Positions 12,266 through 23,781 of a DNA stretch of 64,000 nucleotides are shown piece after piece (position 1 is the stretch's first letter; every line of letters starts with the position of its first letter). A model generated the notes under the pieces. It was given only the letters and a program-made list of their open reading frames with translations. It searched no databases and was not told the origin of the DNA. The translations under genes and the position numbers were made by a program. This DNA comes from Podarcis gaigeae (lineage: Eukaryota): NCBI GenBank assembly GCA_964106915.2, contig OZ066925.1, one strand, 5' to 3'.

Positions 12266-15200
12266 AAAATGAGAGAAATTCATTCTATGTGAGGCAGTTT
12301 GTTCAAAAATATGTATTTAAATGCAGTGGAACTGGAGTGGAACAGACTTAGGAATGAACACGTTCAAAAATGACCTAGATTGGAAATAGACTGATACTGT
12401 ATTGCCACCCTGTGTTCAACAGAGTTTGGGACCAAACCATTTTAAAAGCCTACAAAATGGATTCAAACATAGTAATCTTACCTGAATGCACTGTAGTTAA
12501 GACTTCAGTTCCTCTTATCTACTCTTTCCCTTTGAAAACTTAACCTATAGCTATGCTTGTTCAGTTAGATGGCTGGCGTGCAGAATGGAAAACTGCTAAG
12601 TTCACCAGAACATACTTGACTTGATTATATAGTAAAATTCTGAAGCTGTTTCCAAAATTTTGCGATCTATTTCACAAAACAAGAAGACAGCAGAAGTTGC
12701 CATGGGATAAATGTGAGCAAATGCAGTTTCAGTAAGCCCATAATTTATGCGGGGGTTACATTCTAGGGATTGCGCATCGTGCATAGCCAAAACCCATTGG
12801 ATTCAATGGTGGAGGAATCGCCAAAGTTATTTCCCTCAGAAACCCCTCCCCATTCCATCTCATACAGCCATGTGGGTAAATTGAATGTGCGCAAGTTAAA
12901 TGTGTGTAGGTTATATGTGTGCTCAAGTTTAATTACAGTTAAGAATTATGATTAATGGTTGATTCAGATACTTACAGAAAGGGTAGGCATCGAAGATTTA
13001 CTTGATGGTGGAAGAGAAGTTACAGTACTACCAAAATCAAGTTTGCAGTACACAAATAAATAGAATTTTACCTACAGAATATCATTGGATGCCGTGTGAC
13101 CACCACCTACATCCAACCTTATGGTTACTGATTAGGCATTTTTTTGCTGCTTGTTATATTTTGTAACAAATAGGCATTATGTGGCTATGCAATTTAAGTC
13201 ATTGCCTACTCTTTAGTTTTCACTTGTTAATGAAAACAGGGTGGATCGATTAATACTTCTTTGTGGTAGCATTCCCCATCTTCCTCAGTTTGGTTTTTGG
13301 ATCATTACAACAGAAGCCAGAAAGTGTAATCTGCGATGAAATGTCAACTTGGGTGTTATTTCAAATATTCAAGTAATAATTTTAATTACAGACATTTAGA
13401 AGGTTTGCAAAATTAATTAATGTGTAGTTAAAGAAATATTTGACGAAACCAAGCTGCTCTTAGTACAAGTGCTGCTTCTGCAAGTAATTTACTAGGCCAA
13501 CAGTGTGAAAAGCCTTGTGCTTTTCCTTCTGAAAGGGAAAGACTTGCAAAAGCCCTGGAGGTTAGCTTTCAGTTTCAGTTAGCTTCCATGCATGAAGCTA
13601 GTAACAACTTTAATACAGTTACGGTGGTATTTTATTTTATTTTTGGAAAAAAACAGTATTCCCCTTTTTGTGTGGAGCAGATCTGTCTGAATCAGGGTAG
13701 TGAGCCTGTGTTGGGCTGAAACAGACCCACCAAGCTATTTCAAATGGTCCACCAGCTCCATTCTTCCTCCCCATTGAAGTGTGGACTTGGAGGTGAGGTT
13801 CCTCTCCTCCCAGTGCAGTGTTTGTACAGGGAGAAAAACTGCAGTCTCTGTGTGTGAGAGAGAAATCAGCATGTGTTTATGCATGTCTGCCAGTGTGTGT
13901 AGGTGCTAAAGACAATGGGTGCAGTGTGGCCACTTCAACTTCAGTGACACCCACTTTTGCTTTGGCCATGTCCTCCTTTGGCAGGCAACCTGCAGAAGTT
14001 AGCCGACAGCAAATGCAACTTAGGAGCCAAAAAGCTTAGGCTGGCAGTTTTCAGTTATTTTGTTACATATTCTGTTATAGGAGGAAGTTGATTACATCTC
14101 TATATATTCCATGGGTACAGAGTTTGATGATGGCGTAGGTGTTTGTATACATTACAGTTCAGTTTTTTAAGGCTGATTGATTTCACTGGAAGAGCTAAGC
14201 ACATGCCTAAATAGCTTGTTTGTTTTCCGAGATTTATATTTCATAAATGTCACCTGAATGCCAAATGTCTATTGATCAGGCATTTAATCTTACAAGATTT
14301 TAAAGGCAATGTTGTTATGCTTGAAATTCTGGATTTATCCATTTGTTAGGACATTTCTATATTGCTTTTCACTGCCATGAATAATTATGAAAGAAGTTTG
14401 CTATTAAAACAGCTATACAATAAAGCAGAATAAATTCAAATCAAAAGTTGACAAAATAATCACAAGATAGACACCAGGAACTAACATAAATGGTTAGAGT
14501 GCTTGGGTAAATAGAGAATATCTATGGGTGATATCTGTTGTCATTTTAACATAAGCTAGAGGTCTTCAGTGGTTCAACTGTTTAGCAATATTGTTTAGCT
14601 ACTTTCTTGCTGAGCTACTTGCTAGTAACAAATGCAAAGAAAAACAAAAACCCTGTAAAAATTCATTTTGTAATATTTTTCACATAGAATCCCTGTTTCC
14701 AGCTATATACTTTATAAGTGGTCAAATGTTATAAAGGTCCCATTACTAATCTTAAAATGGCTGCCTCTGGGACTTTTTATAAGGCAGTATAATTGATGCT
14801 GGCATGTAATAAATCTGTAGTTCTTTGAGTCTGATTATGTAGCAAGACTGATAGATTAGACTGCTCTGAGAATTGACTTGGGAGAACCGATAGCCTACTG
14901 CAATAGTTTTTGTCAGCTTTTATCTCGTGTGTTAAAATAAATTAATTATTTCACCATAAAATACTTTTAAAGCCACCAGTGTATGCTCACACGTGTGTGT
15001 GTGTGTGTAAAAATGCACAAAAGGTGGGTTTGTTTTGGATGACATTCATGCTGTTCCGTTAACAGAAAAGTTCTTGATCCACTATTAGTGGCCACTAATA
15101 TAAAAGAAGAAGAATTTTCTACGGAATCACTCTTCTAACTGTAACCCCCCACAAACTCAAAAAATTACTTCCAGAGGGTTGGGGATTGTCCAGAACAGCA

Positions 15201-15619
15201 TGTAAGGAGGCACAGGGTTGTGGGAAATGGAAAATAAGCAAGAATTTATCCCATTCTTAAGGGATGCCACATTGGGGAAAATCCAATCTAAATATAAAAG
15301 CAACAGTGTTAGGATAAAACATATATTTATTCCAGCTGAATACTTTTTGTATATGATGATACAAAATACAATTTGAAGTGCTTCTTTTTAAAATTGTATG
15401 TTTCTTATAGCTAATGTTCATGATTGTTTAAACTAAAAGACTGTATTCTCTTTGATTTATAGAAGCACTGCTGACAATAACAACAGCTTAAAAGAGGAAT
15501 ATTTCTTTCATCTCTGTTTTTCTTTATTTGCAATAAGAAATATATATGTGTTTCTGTGTGTGTATGTGATCTTTTTATGGTATATATGTAACCATTTAGA
15601 CACATGTAATTCTAATTCA

Positions 15620-15941
15620 GAGGGTGACGCTGTGGGCTAAACCACAGATCCTAGGGCTTGCCGATCAGAAGGTCGGCAGTTTGAATCCCCGCGACGGGGT
15701 GAGCTCTCGTTGCTTGGTCCCTGCTCCTGCCAACCTAGCAGTTCGAAAGCACATCAAAGTGCAAGTAGATAAATAGGTGTTTCCGTGTGCTGCTCTGGTT
15801 CGCCAGAAGCGGCTTAGTCACGCTGGCCACGTGATCCGGAAGCTGTACGCCGACTCCCTCGGCCAGTAAAACAAGATGAGCGCCGCAACCCCAGAGTCGT
15901 CCATGACTGGACTTAATGGTCAGGGGTCCCGTTACCTTTAC
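15620..15941 (+). mobile_element. Sauria SINE (subfamily A type, small internal deletion)
   Basis: Head GGTGACGCTGTGGG, body and tail GGTCAGGGGTCCCGTTACCTTTAC. Confidence 0.92.
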
Positions 15942-17574
15942 TAATTATAATTCATGCACATGTAATTATAATGAGAAAACAATCCTTTGCCACCTTTTTC
16001 AGAGATATCTCCACCCTACCCCCCAGCCATTGGCTGAACTTCTTAGATATCATGAATCTGCAAATTCTCATGAGTCAAGTCGTCAATAATAGAATATTTG
16101 CAGACAAAAAGAGTGGTGCTAGCTTCTGTGTGAAGTGAAAAGTCAATTGCTCACAGAAGGCTTGAAAAACAAATAAATGGAATTCAAAAGAAGTGTGGCT
16201 GAGGGCTGTAATCATGGTGAGGGACAATGGAACCCAGAATGTGGAGAAGATACAGGAGAGACAGACTGCCTCAATGTTAAATGAAGGGGTTGTGGGTTGA
16301 GAAACAGAAATCAGTAAAATTACGTAAATAAAAACAAATTCCAAATCGGTGAATCTTATTAATAACTCAAATTAACTGTATCACTCCTTGGAGAAACAAA
16401 TATCCTTAAATAGCAAGACATGAAATTAATTAACATCAAATATAATGTTGTTGATATCATATTTGGTATGCAGCTTAAGGTGTTGAGGGACTATGCATTG
16501 TTGATAGCAAAGGACTTAAAAGACAAGAGAATCATGCATGTTGAAGAGCGAACTGTGGAACAGAGAAAACAAATGGGGCAGGGAGGAGGGGGGCTGGATT
16601 GCCTCTTCATTTGAACTAAAATGCAGAGTCGTAAAGGTTTGGAAAAATGTCCTTGCTTTGTAACTTTCCAGGAAAAGGAGTACTGTGCAGTGTAAATGCT
16701 GTCTCAGAAAAGGCAATGTCAGGGATATCGACCATATTAAGCCTCCCCAAATTCCCTTTCTTAAGCATTTTGTTGTAGAACATCCCTTTTAATGTCCTTT
16801 CCCTGATGGCCTCCAAAGTAAGCTGACGGAGGCGCTTGAGAGTTCACCTTAATTCAGAACTTTTAACTTTTCCCTACGTATACTTTCTACTTCAACACAC
16901 ACACACCCCGCTGTAATTCTCCATGCACCATTAAGGGTCTGGTTGCAAGCCACTAGGATAGATTCAGCCATGCCATTGTATCCTTACAGTTCCTTTTCAC
17001 TGCATAAAACTAAGAACATACAAATGCTTAAGTGATTTTTTAAAAAATAAATTGATATTTATTGATATCCTTCCCTCAGAATTCCATAACTTGGTACGCT
17101 ATAACTTAGGAATGAAGTGTATATATCTTTTAAATGAAAGTTTGGGCTTTACCCAACTAAAATAGAATTTGATTGTAAATATTATTCCAGTATATGCCAT
17201 CATGAAAACAGCTTCAGTATGATTTATTTATGGCTTGCTTGTTTCTTTAAGAAAGGCCACTTTGATTATTTCGTATGATTATTGTGATATTATGCCACAT
17301 GAGTGATGCTGCTTGTTTTAAAACTTTATACGCTAGCCTGTTTTTAAAGCAAGTGTTGTTTGATCTGTGTTTATAATTCATAGCAATGATGTACATAAAC
17401 AAGCAATGTGAAACTACTACAGCCATTTATAAAACATGGCTTGACTTGCTGCCACACTTTATATCTGGGGTTGCCTTTGAAAGTGCCTGGGAACTTCATC
17501 TGGTCCAGAATAAAGAAGTAAATTTACTTCATCAGAGAATAGATTATAATGATATTCCTCCCCCCCCCCCAATC

Positions 17575-18330
17575 AAAATGCTGGCATTAACTTTTAAAGT
17601 CCTAAATGACTTGGGACCAGACTTTTCCTAAATATCCAGACCCCCATATTCTGAAGCCCTTCTCTAGCTGTGGCTGGCTATGTAATGGATGGTTACTAGA
17701 AAGAGGGGCAACTTTAATTATATACTTTAATTATATACTTTAATTATAAAGTACCCCTGCCCGTACGGGCGAGTCTTGACACACTCTGGGGTTGTGCGCT
17801 CATCTCACTCTATAGGCCGGGAGCCAGCGCTGTCCGCAGACACTTCCGGGTCACGTGGCCAGCGTGACGAAGCTGCTCTGGTGAGCCAGAGCTGCACACG
17901 GAAACGCCATTTACCTTCCCGCTAGTAAGCAGTCCCTATTTATCTACTTGCACCCGGGGGTGCTTTCGAACTGCTAGGTTGGCAGGCACTGGGACTGAGC
18001 AGTGGGAGCGCACCCCGCCGCGGGGATTCGAACCGCCGACCATGAGATCGGCAAGTCCTAGGCGCTGAGGTTTTACCCACAGCACCACCCGCGTCCCTTA
18101 TCATTATCATACCACAATTTGGAATGCCCTTCCCAGAGAGGCTTGCCTGGCACATGCAGTATATTTTTGGCACCAGATACCCATTTTTCACCCTTGGTTT
18201 TCCAGTCTTAAATATCTTTAAGGTGATGTTCTACATTGCTGATCTTAAATTTTATGTTTTGTTGTTATTTTAAGTATTTTTTATTTTAAATGTTTTTATT
18301 CAGATAACTTTTTGTTATTTGGTGGTATAT
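17575..18330 (+). mobile_element. Degraded L2-type LINE 3' fragment, split by a Sauria SINE
   Basis: Remnant translation LTFKVLNDLGP before the SINE and TGGAATGCCCTTCCC (WNALP) after it, then a T-rich 3' UTR. Confidence 0.5.
17748..18097 (-). mobile_element. Sauria SINE (subfamily B type)
   Basis: Reverse complement starts GGGACGCGGGTGGTGCTGTGGG and ends GCCCGTACGGGCAGGGGTACTTT. Confidence 0.93.
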
Positions 18331-18624
18331 GAAATTTGTCAATTTTAAAAATATATATAACTAACAATCCTATGCATGTCAACTCATAAGTAGTGTCTTC
18401 AGTTGGACTTGCTCCCAGCCAAGTAGTTCTAGAAATGCAGCCCAAATAATGTTAGGCATGGTAGCCTCAGTGTCCTTAGTGGGTGGGTAGGGGGTGTCTA
18501 GGCTTGTTTATCTGTTTTAAGCAGATCTTGTGTTTTGCAAGAAAATGGGCATTGGGGTTAGTGTACTGCTGATATCATGTATCTCCACTTAATATTATTA
18601 CTGTAAGGCGCAATAGTGGTAATT

Positions 18625-18890
18625 CAATTTACCCTTCCTCCCAAATGAGCCTAGGGTGGCAAACACACAAATGATAAAAGATCTAAGAATGATTTCCATT
18701 AGAGTTAAATACTGGGAAAGATCTCTACGTGTTCTAAGAGGAAGGCCTTCAGTAGGTGCCAGAAAGGCAACAGAGAGAGTGCCTAATATTTAATGGGAAC
18801 TAATTCCAACACTAAATGCCCAATTCTTTGTACAGAATGAGCCTCCTGATAAGATGGTGTCTACAGGAGGTCCTCACTTGCAGGGGTTTT
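18625..18890 (-). mobile_element. Degraded L2-type LINE 3' fragment
   Basis: CCCTTCCTCCC...GAGCCTAGGGTGGC 3'-end stem and GAAGGCCTTCAGTAGGTGCC...AATTCCA segment typical of reversed L2 tails. Confidence 0.45.
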
Positions 18891-19993
18891 AGTAACTGAC
18901 ATTATCACATTGATTAACTCTGCATGGTACCATAATCATGTTACACCGTGGCTGACAGCTGACAGAATACTAACTTAGTAGTAATCAAACTTTCAATGAA
19001 CTACACTGTATGTGAAAATGAAGACTATAACATAATACTCCTTATTGTCTAGCTCTTTGGGAAGGGGAGAGGTGTATTGGGAAGACTGTATACTTCAGTC
19101 ACTCCTGCTGTCTTTTAAAGGTGTCCTGAAATTTTTATTGAATGTTTTGATTATTAATTGTATTAATAAATTAGTTTTGAAGTTGTAGTTCCACTATGAG
19201 GCCGCAAGGTGAAAGGTGGATTATAAATTATTATAATAAATCGTTTTTTATTTATACATATGATGAAATTCAACCAAATTTTTGCTGAAACTGCAACAGT
19301 CTCAAATCTGTACCACTTGGTGCTCCAATGGACTTTTTTTACTGATAATTGAAGAGAAAGTCTCAGTAGTTTTGAAAACTTTGTTTCTGTGTACGCACGT
19401 AAATATCCTCCTGTTTCTGAGCAGCTCAAATGCTGTAATAGAAGAAGTACTTCGAAGTGTATGTGAGGCATATTATTCTAAATCAGCTGTTCAAAAACGG
19501 GTTCCTAAATGTTGGACTACAACTTCCATAATAACTGACAGTTTGGCCATGTTGACTGAGATCGAGGGAGGGCATAGAACCCACATGTAGGGCCACAAGT
19601 TTAGAGAAGAATGTGGCAAACCACAGCACTATGTGAACCATGGTTTTATAACTAAAATTGCACACCTTGGTTACAAATGAGCCTGGTTAGTATTATTTAC
19701 TCTACATAACGTAGAGGAGGCAAAATACATATTTCAGAAACTGGCGCCTAACCATGGTTTCTAAGGAGCTAGCATCTGTGACTGCATGTTGATACCACTC
19801 CATTTGTCGGGTACCATGTGATATGAAAACCAAGTTCTCTGTGCTAATTTTTCAAGAAAATAAAAGTGCTTAAAAGCTTGGAAATATAAACTATTTTCAT
19901 CTTGTTTAACTATGTGATGGATTTTTCTTCTTCAAAGCTTAACTGTGGTGATTTAATTTCTGATCATTTTTTGTAGTCACACCTTTTGGTAGC

Positions 19994-20099
19994 ACCTTTT
20001 GGTGTATCTGAAGAAGTGTGCATGCACACGAAAGCTCATACCAAGAACTGACTTAGTTGGTCTTTAAGGTGCTACTGGAAGGAATTTTTTTTGTTTTGA
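19994..20099 (+). mobile_element. Short Penelope-like pseudo-LTR fragment (second family)
   Basis: Motif CTGAAGAAGTGTGCATGCACACGAAAGCTCATACC...TTAGTTGGTCTTTAAGGTGCTAC recognised as a reptile PLE terminus; 11-bp flanking direct repeat CTTTTGGTAGC (19983-19993, 20100-20110). Confidence 0.75.
19997..20046 (+). ncRNA. Minimal type I hammerhead ribozyme motif
   Basis: CTGAAGA (20008-20014), A, palindromic helix II GTGTGCATGCACAC, GAAA (20030-20033), palindromic AGCT helix III, CTC triplet, helix I GTAT/ATAC extendable across a 2-nt bulge (TTG/CAA). Confidence 0.7.
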
Positions 20100-21198
20100 C
20101 TTTTGGTAGCTATTCATTTGCAACCTTCATATTGGTCCTTTCTCGAAATACCTCTCCGTAGCAGCCTCTGAGCTGGGTTACTGAAATATAATGACTCACC
20201 CAAATCCTCTACCCAATTTATGGTTTTTGAAGGTGAACAGAAATTTGGAAGTAGGATTCCCAATCAAAGTTCTACCCATTTTGTTTCTTCCATGTAAATA
20301 CGTGATGTATTCATCTTCTAAGGTAGCTTAGTACTTTTAAGAATATAGCACCAAAAGTGCATATTCTATGTAACCCAGCATTTTATCTGATATATAGTAT
20401 TAGTTCAGAGAGAGTGGCTGCTATTATTGTAGAATTTAGAATAAATAGCATAGAACTTACAGTGCAGTGTGCATATTGAATAGTGTAGGCTCAGCAAGTA
20501 AACGATAGTGAGATTTTCAGAGTATTAAAAAGAATGCTTTCCATGTCTGACTTAGCTATCTATTTAGTTCACATATAATAACATTTGAGTTGAAAGCAGA
20601 AAGTCATTTTATCCTTTAATGTATTAGTTATTTTTTTGGAAAGCATGCTTGCTTGCCACAAGAAATGATACTGGCTCAGCTGTGTTCACACAATGCATGT
20701 TCATTGTTATAGTTGACATTCCTGGCACACACACAACTCATTATAATGTGAAAAGAAAACTTCACATAAAATGGATACTGGATGACAGGCTGCCACTGGC
20801 AACATACATAATTCTGAAAGTACAGGCTGGGTTTTAAAAGTTGCAGACAAAAGCAATTCAGTAGGATTTAACTGCTATAGCTGTCACTACTTATAAAGGC
20901 TCACTGAATTCTCCCTAAGTAACATGTTAGGGAGGGGGGGTAATCAATGCTTGTTAAAGTGTGTGATTATTAAATTTCCAGGTTTGTCATTAAATGCTGT
21001 GTATAAGGAATATGTTCAGTATTTTACACCGTTGCATCTTTGAAATTGCAATGTACACAATTAGAAATTACTGATTTTACTGCACAATCCTAGGAAAAAC
21101 TACTTGGAAGTAAAGTCAGTGAATTTAATGGTGCTCAGTCCTAGGTAAGTGAGATTATAATTGCAGCCTTGGTTTACTTTTAAAGCCAAACCTTGTTA

Positions 21199-21262
21199 AT
21201 AGAATGATAGAACTGTAGAGTTGGAAAGGACCCTGAGGATCATCTAGTCCAATCCCTGCAAA
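21199..21262 (-). mobile_element. CR1 LINE 3' terminal fragment
   Basis: ATAGAATGATAGAA reversed octamer tail followed by GAGTTGGAAAGGACCC...ATCATCTAGTCCAA. Confidence 0.7.
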
Positions 21263-21789
21263 CTAGTGCATTGTCAGTCAAAACCGGAAGAAAGGATTAA
21301 CAGTATTACTTCAATTGATTATGTTTAGAACAGAGCCTTACATTATTGATGTGGGGTATACTTGTGTATATGTTGTACCACTTCAGACTACAAATCGGAT
21401 CTTGCATGATATAAAGCAGTACAAATAAAAACTATTGCTTCACTTATGCAGCTTTTTCACTAATTTTTTTGGTGGGGCCTCGAGGATTCCATCATGCAAG
21501 CTTTTGCTGCAGTCCGTAGTAGTAGGCAGCCCAAGCACAGGTATATTTTCTCAATGATAACTAGGTTACAGTTTTGTAATTAAAATGTTGCACTTCTGCA
21601 GCTACATAATACCCAAGAAAAGCAAAGGCAGGTGAAAATGCCTACTCTTACTTGAAACCTTTCTATTGACCCTTTATGGTTTCCTTTGTGACATGCAAGA
21701 AAAGACAACGGCAAGAGGCAAAGGACCTCAATTGATATTTCCTTTGTATCAGTAATGTACTTTGCATTTTTTGTTGGAGGATCTTAAGT

Positions 21790-22442
21790 TCTATGATAAG
21801 AGCAGTTGGGTCCACCGTGGGGCGTGCCTTACCGGATTTAAACCTCCACGTGGCCAGGGACCATTCTCCTTTTCTCTCGCTGCATCAGATCTCCTGCCCT
21901 ATTTTCATGCGTTCATCATCTTGGCCTTGCTGTGTACCACGGTTGGTTGCCTGTTGAGGGGACCAGGTAGGACTTTTCCACTTGGCAAATTGGCACCAGC
22001 CACATGGTTTTCGTCTGCCTTGTAGCAATCATCACAACTTTGTAAGGTTTGGCAGCTAGGCATTGGTAAACCTGGTTTATGGGAGGGGAGGTTGTGGCCT
22101 CACCTGCCCCTCCTCTTTAAAGGTATTCCGTTAAAGGGATCCAGGGGTCTGGATCCTGTCCAAAGCTCAGGTATGGGCTAGGGCCATGCCAGGACCCCAT
22201 CGGTGACCCTGGGGGAGCTTGCAGTTGATGTACATCAACAGGGCTCCCCTACTGGTGGTTTACCCTTATGAGACTACCTGCATGATGGGCAGGGGTCAGA
22301 TATAGTCGGTTCAGTTCTAAATACCACTCACATCTGTAACCAATAAAGTTGTGGCCTTATTTATCCCATTAACCCAAAATATTGGTTTCTGTGAGTTTCA
22401 TTATCTAAGAAATGGGGTGGTGCTCAGGGCCTTGCCATGCAA
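21790..22442 (+). mobile_element. Orphan LTR-like terminal repeat, possibly DIRS/Ngaro (tyrosine-recombinase retrotransposon)
   Basis: GC-richer block in AT-rich DNA with TATA-like GATTTAAA near the 5' end and CAATAAAGTTGTGGCC near the 3' end; no TG...CA termini or TSD seen; family call from recall only. Confidence 0.4.
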
Positions 22443-23180
22443 TAAAATTCTACTGAACTCTGTGGTTTGTGATTTTAGATTGCAGTGCATGTAGTTCTCA
22501 AGCAATGCAGTCTCATGTAGGTTGACTTGAAAGTAAGTTCCACTGATGGAAAAGGACACTCCCAAGTAAGTGTTTTTAGGAATGTAGCCAAGGAGTGCTT
22601 TTCCTGGGAGTTTCCAGGAAGGCTTAAGGAAAGTACTTCAGCACATTCAATAGATCAAATTGGTAAAGAAGGTAAGTGTTTATCCCCTGAAGAGGTAAGA
22701 TACTATTTTAAAGTAAGGCTATTTTAGAAATGTTTGTCTTATTGCCAGAGATGGTTGAGAGAGAACCAGATGAGACTTTATCTGATGTAGCTGGACAAAG
22801 CTGTCTGTGTACAAATTCATTGACTTTTACAGTCATATAAGAATATATATAAAAAGGATAGCAGGCTACACAGTGAATTCTTCAGTGAATCATTGCCCTT
22901 CTTAGAGACACTGTATTATGCATGTCCTAGACTGAAGTATTTCTTTAGAGCTGCCTTACTAAGTCGGACTGTTATCTTACAGTAAGTTATTTTGCACCAT
23001 GAATCAGACATCAACTGAACCAATTGCTCTCTTTTTTACTTTCCTTTTTAATAAAGCCTGCATGGAAGGCATCCTAGCATTACTGTATCAGACAGTGCTG
23101 GTTGTGTAACATGCTAGTAATTTGCAGTACTCCAGATTTGTTGTACAAAATCTTTTTAGCTTTCTTTTAGGCTGAAGTAA

Positions 23181-23527
23181 GGGCCGCAGGTGGCGCTGTG
23201 GTCTCAACCACAGAGCCTAGGGCTTGCCAATCAGAAGGTTGCGGTTCAAATCCCCGTGACGGGGTGAGCTCCCGTTGCTCAGTCCCTGCTCCTGCCAACC
23301 TAGCAGTTCGAAAGCACATCAAAGTGCCAGTAGATAAATAGGTACTGTTCAGGCAGGAAGGTAAACGGTGTTTCCGTGCACTGCTCTGGTTTGCCAGAAG
23401 TGGCTTAGTCATGCTGGCCACATGACCTGGAAGCTGTCTGCAAACAAACGCCGGCTCCCTCGGCCAGTAAAGCGAGATGAGCGCTGCAACCCCAGAGTCA
23501 TCCACAACTGGAGCTAACAGTCAGGGG
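23181..23527 (+). mobile_element. Sauria SINE (subfamily A type)
   Basis: Full head and body; tail truncated after AACAGTCAGGGG. Confidence 0.92.
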
Positions 23528-23722
23528 TTAAGTACTCAATTTAAACTATAGCTCTGAGATAATTTAATGCTAATAAACTTTCTATGGCCTTTTAAATGTG
23601 TTTGTGGGAGGGGGGTATTGGCTTGTTTTTATTTTATTAAGTATTTTGTGTTCTTAGTTTGTATTTTTATGTTGTGAACAGCCCTGTAATCGTCAGATGA
23701 AGGCTGGTATATACATTTCAAT

Positions 23723-23724
23723 TA

Positions 23725-23777
<53 letters not shown>
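23723..23777. repeat. (TTA)n microsatellite, probably the tail of a LINE 3' fragment starting ~23590
   Basis: About 18 units; preceded by TGTGAACAGCCCTG...GAAGGCTGGTATA 3'-end-like stem. Confidence 0.85.

Positions 23778-23781
<4 letters not shown>

Noticed and set aside
16672-16817. Plus-strand exon with good TTTCCAG acceptor and GTAAGC donor
   Set aside because: Stops in all three frames; no support as a coding exon
22686-22730. Other CTGANGA occurrences as hammerheads (e.g. 3024, 22688, 41394, 52386)
   Set aside because: No helix II followed by GAAA and a cleavage triplet
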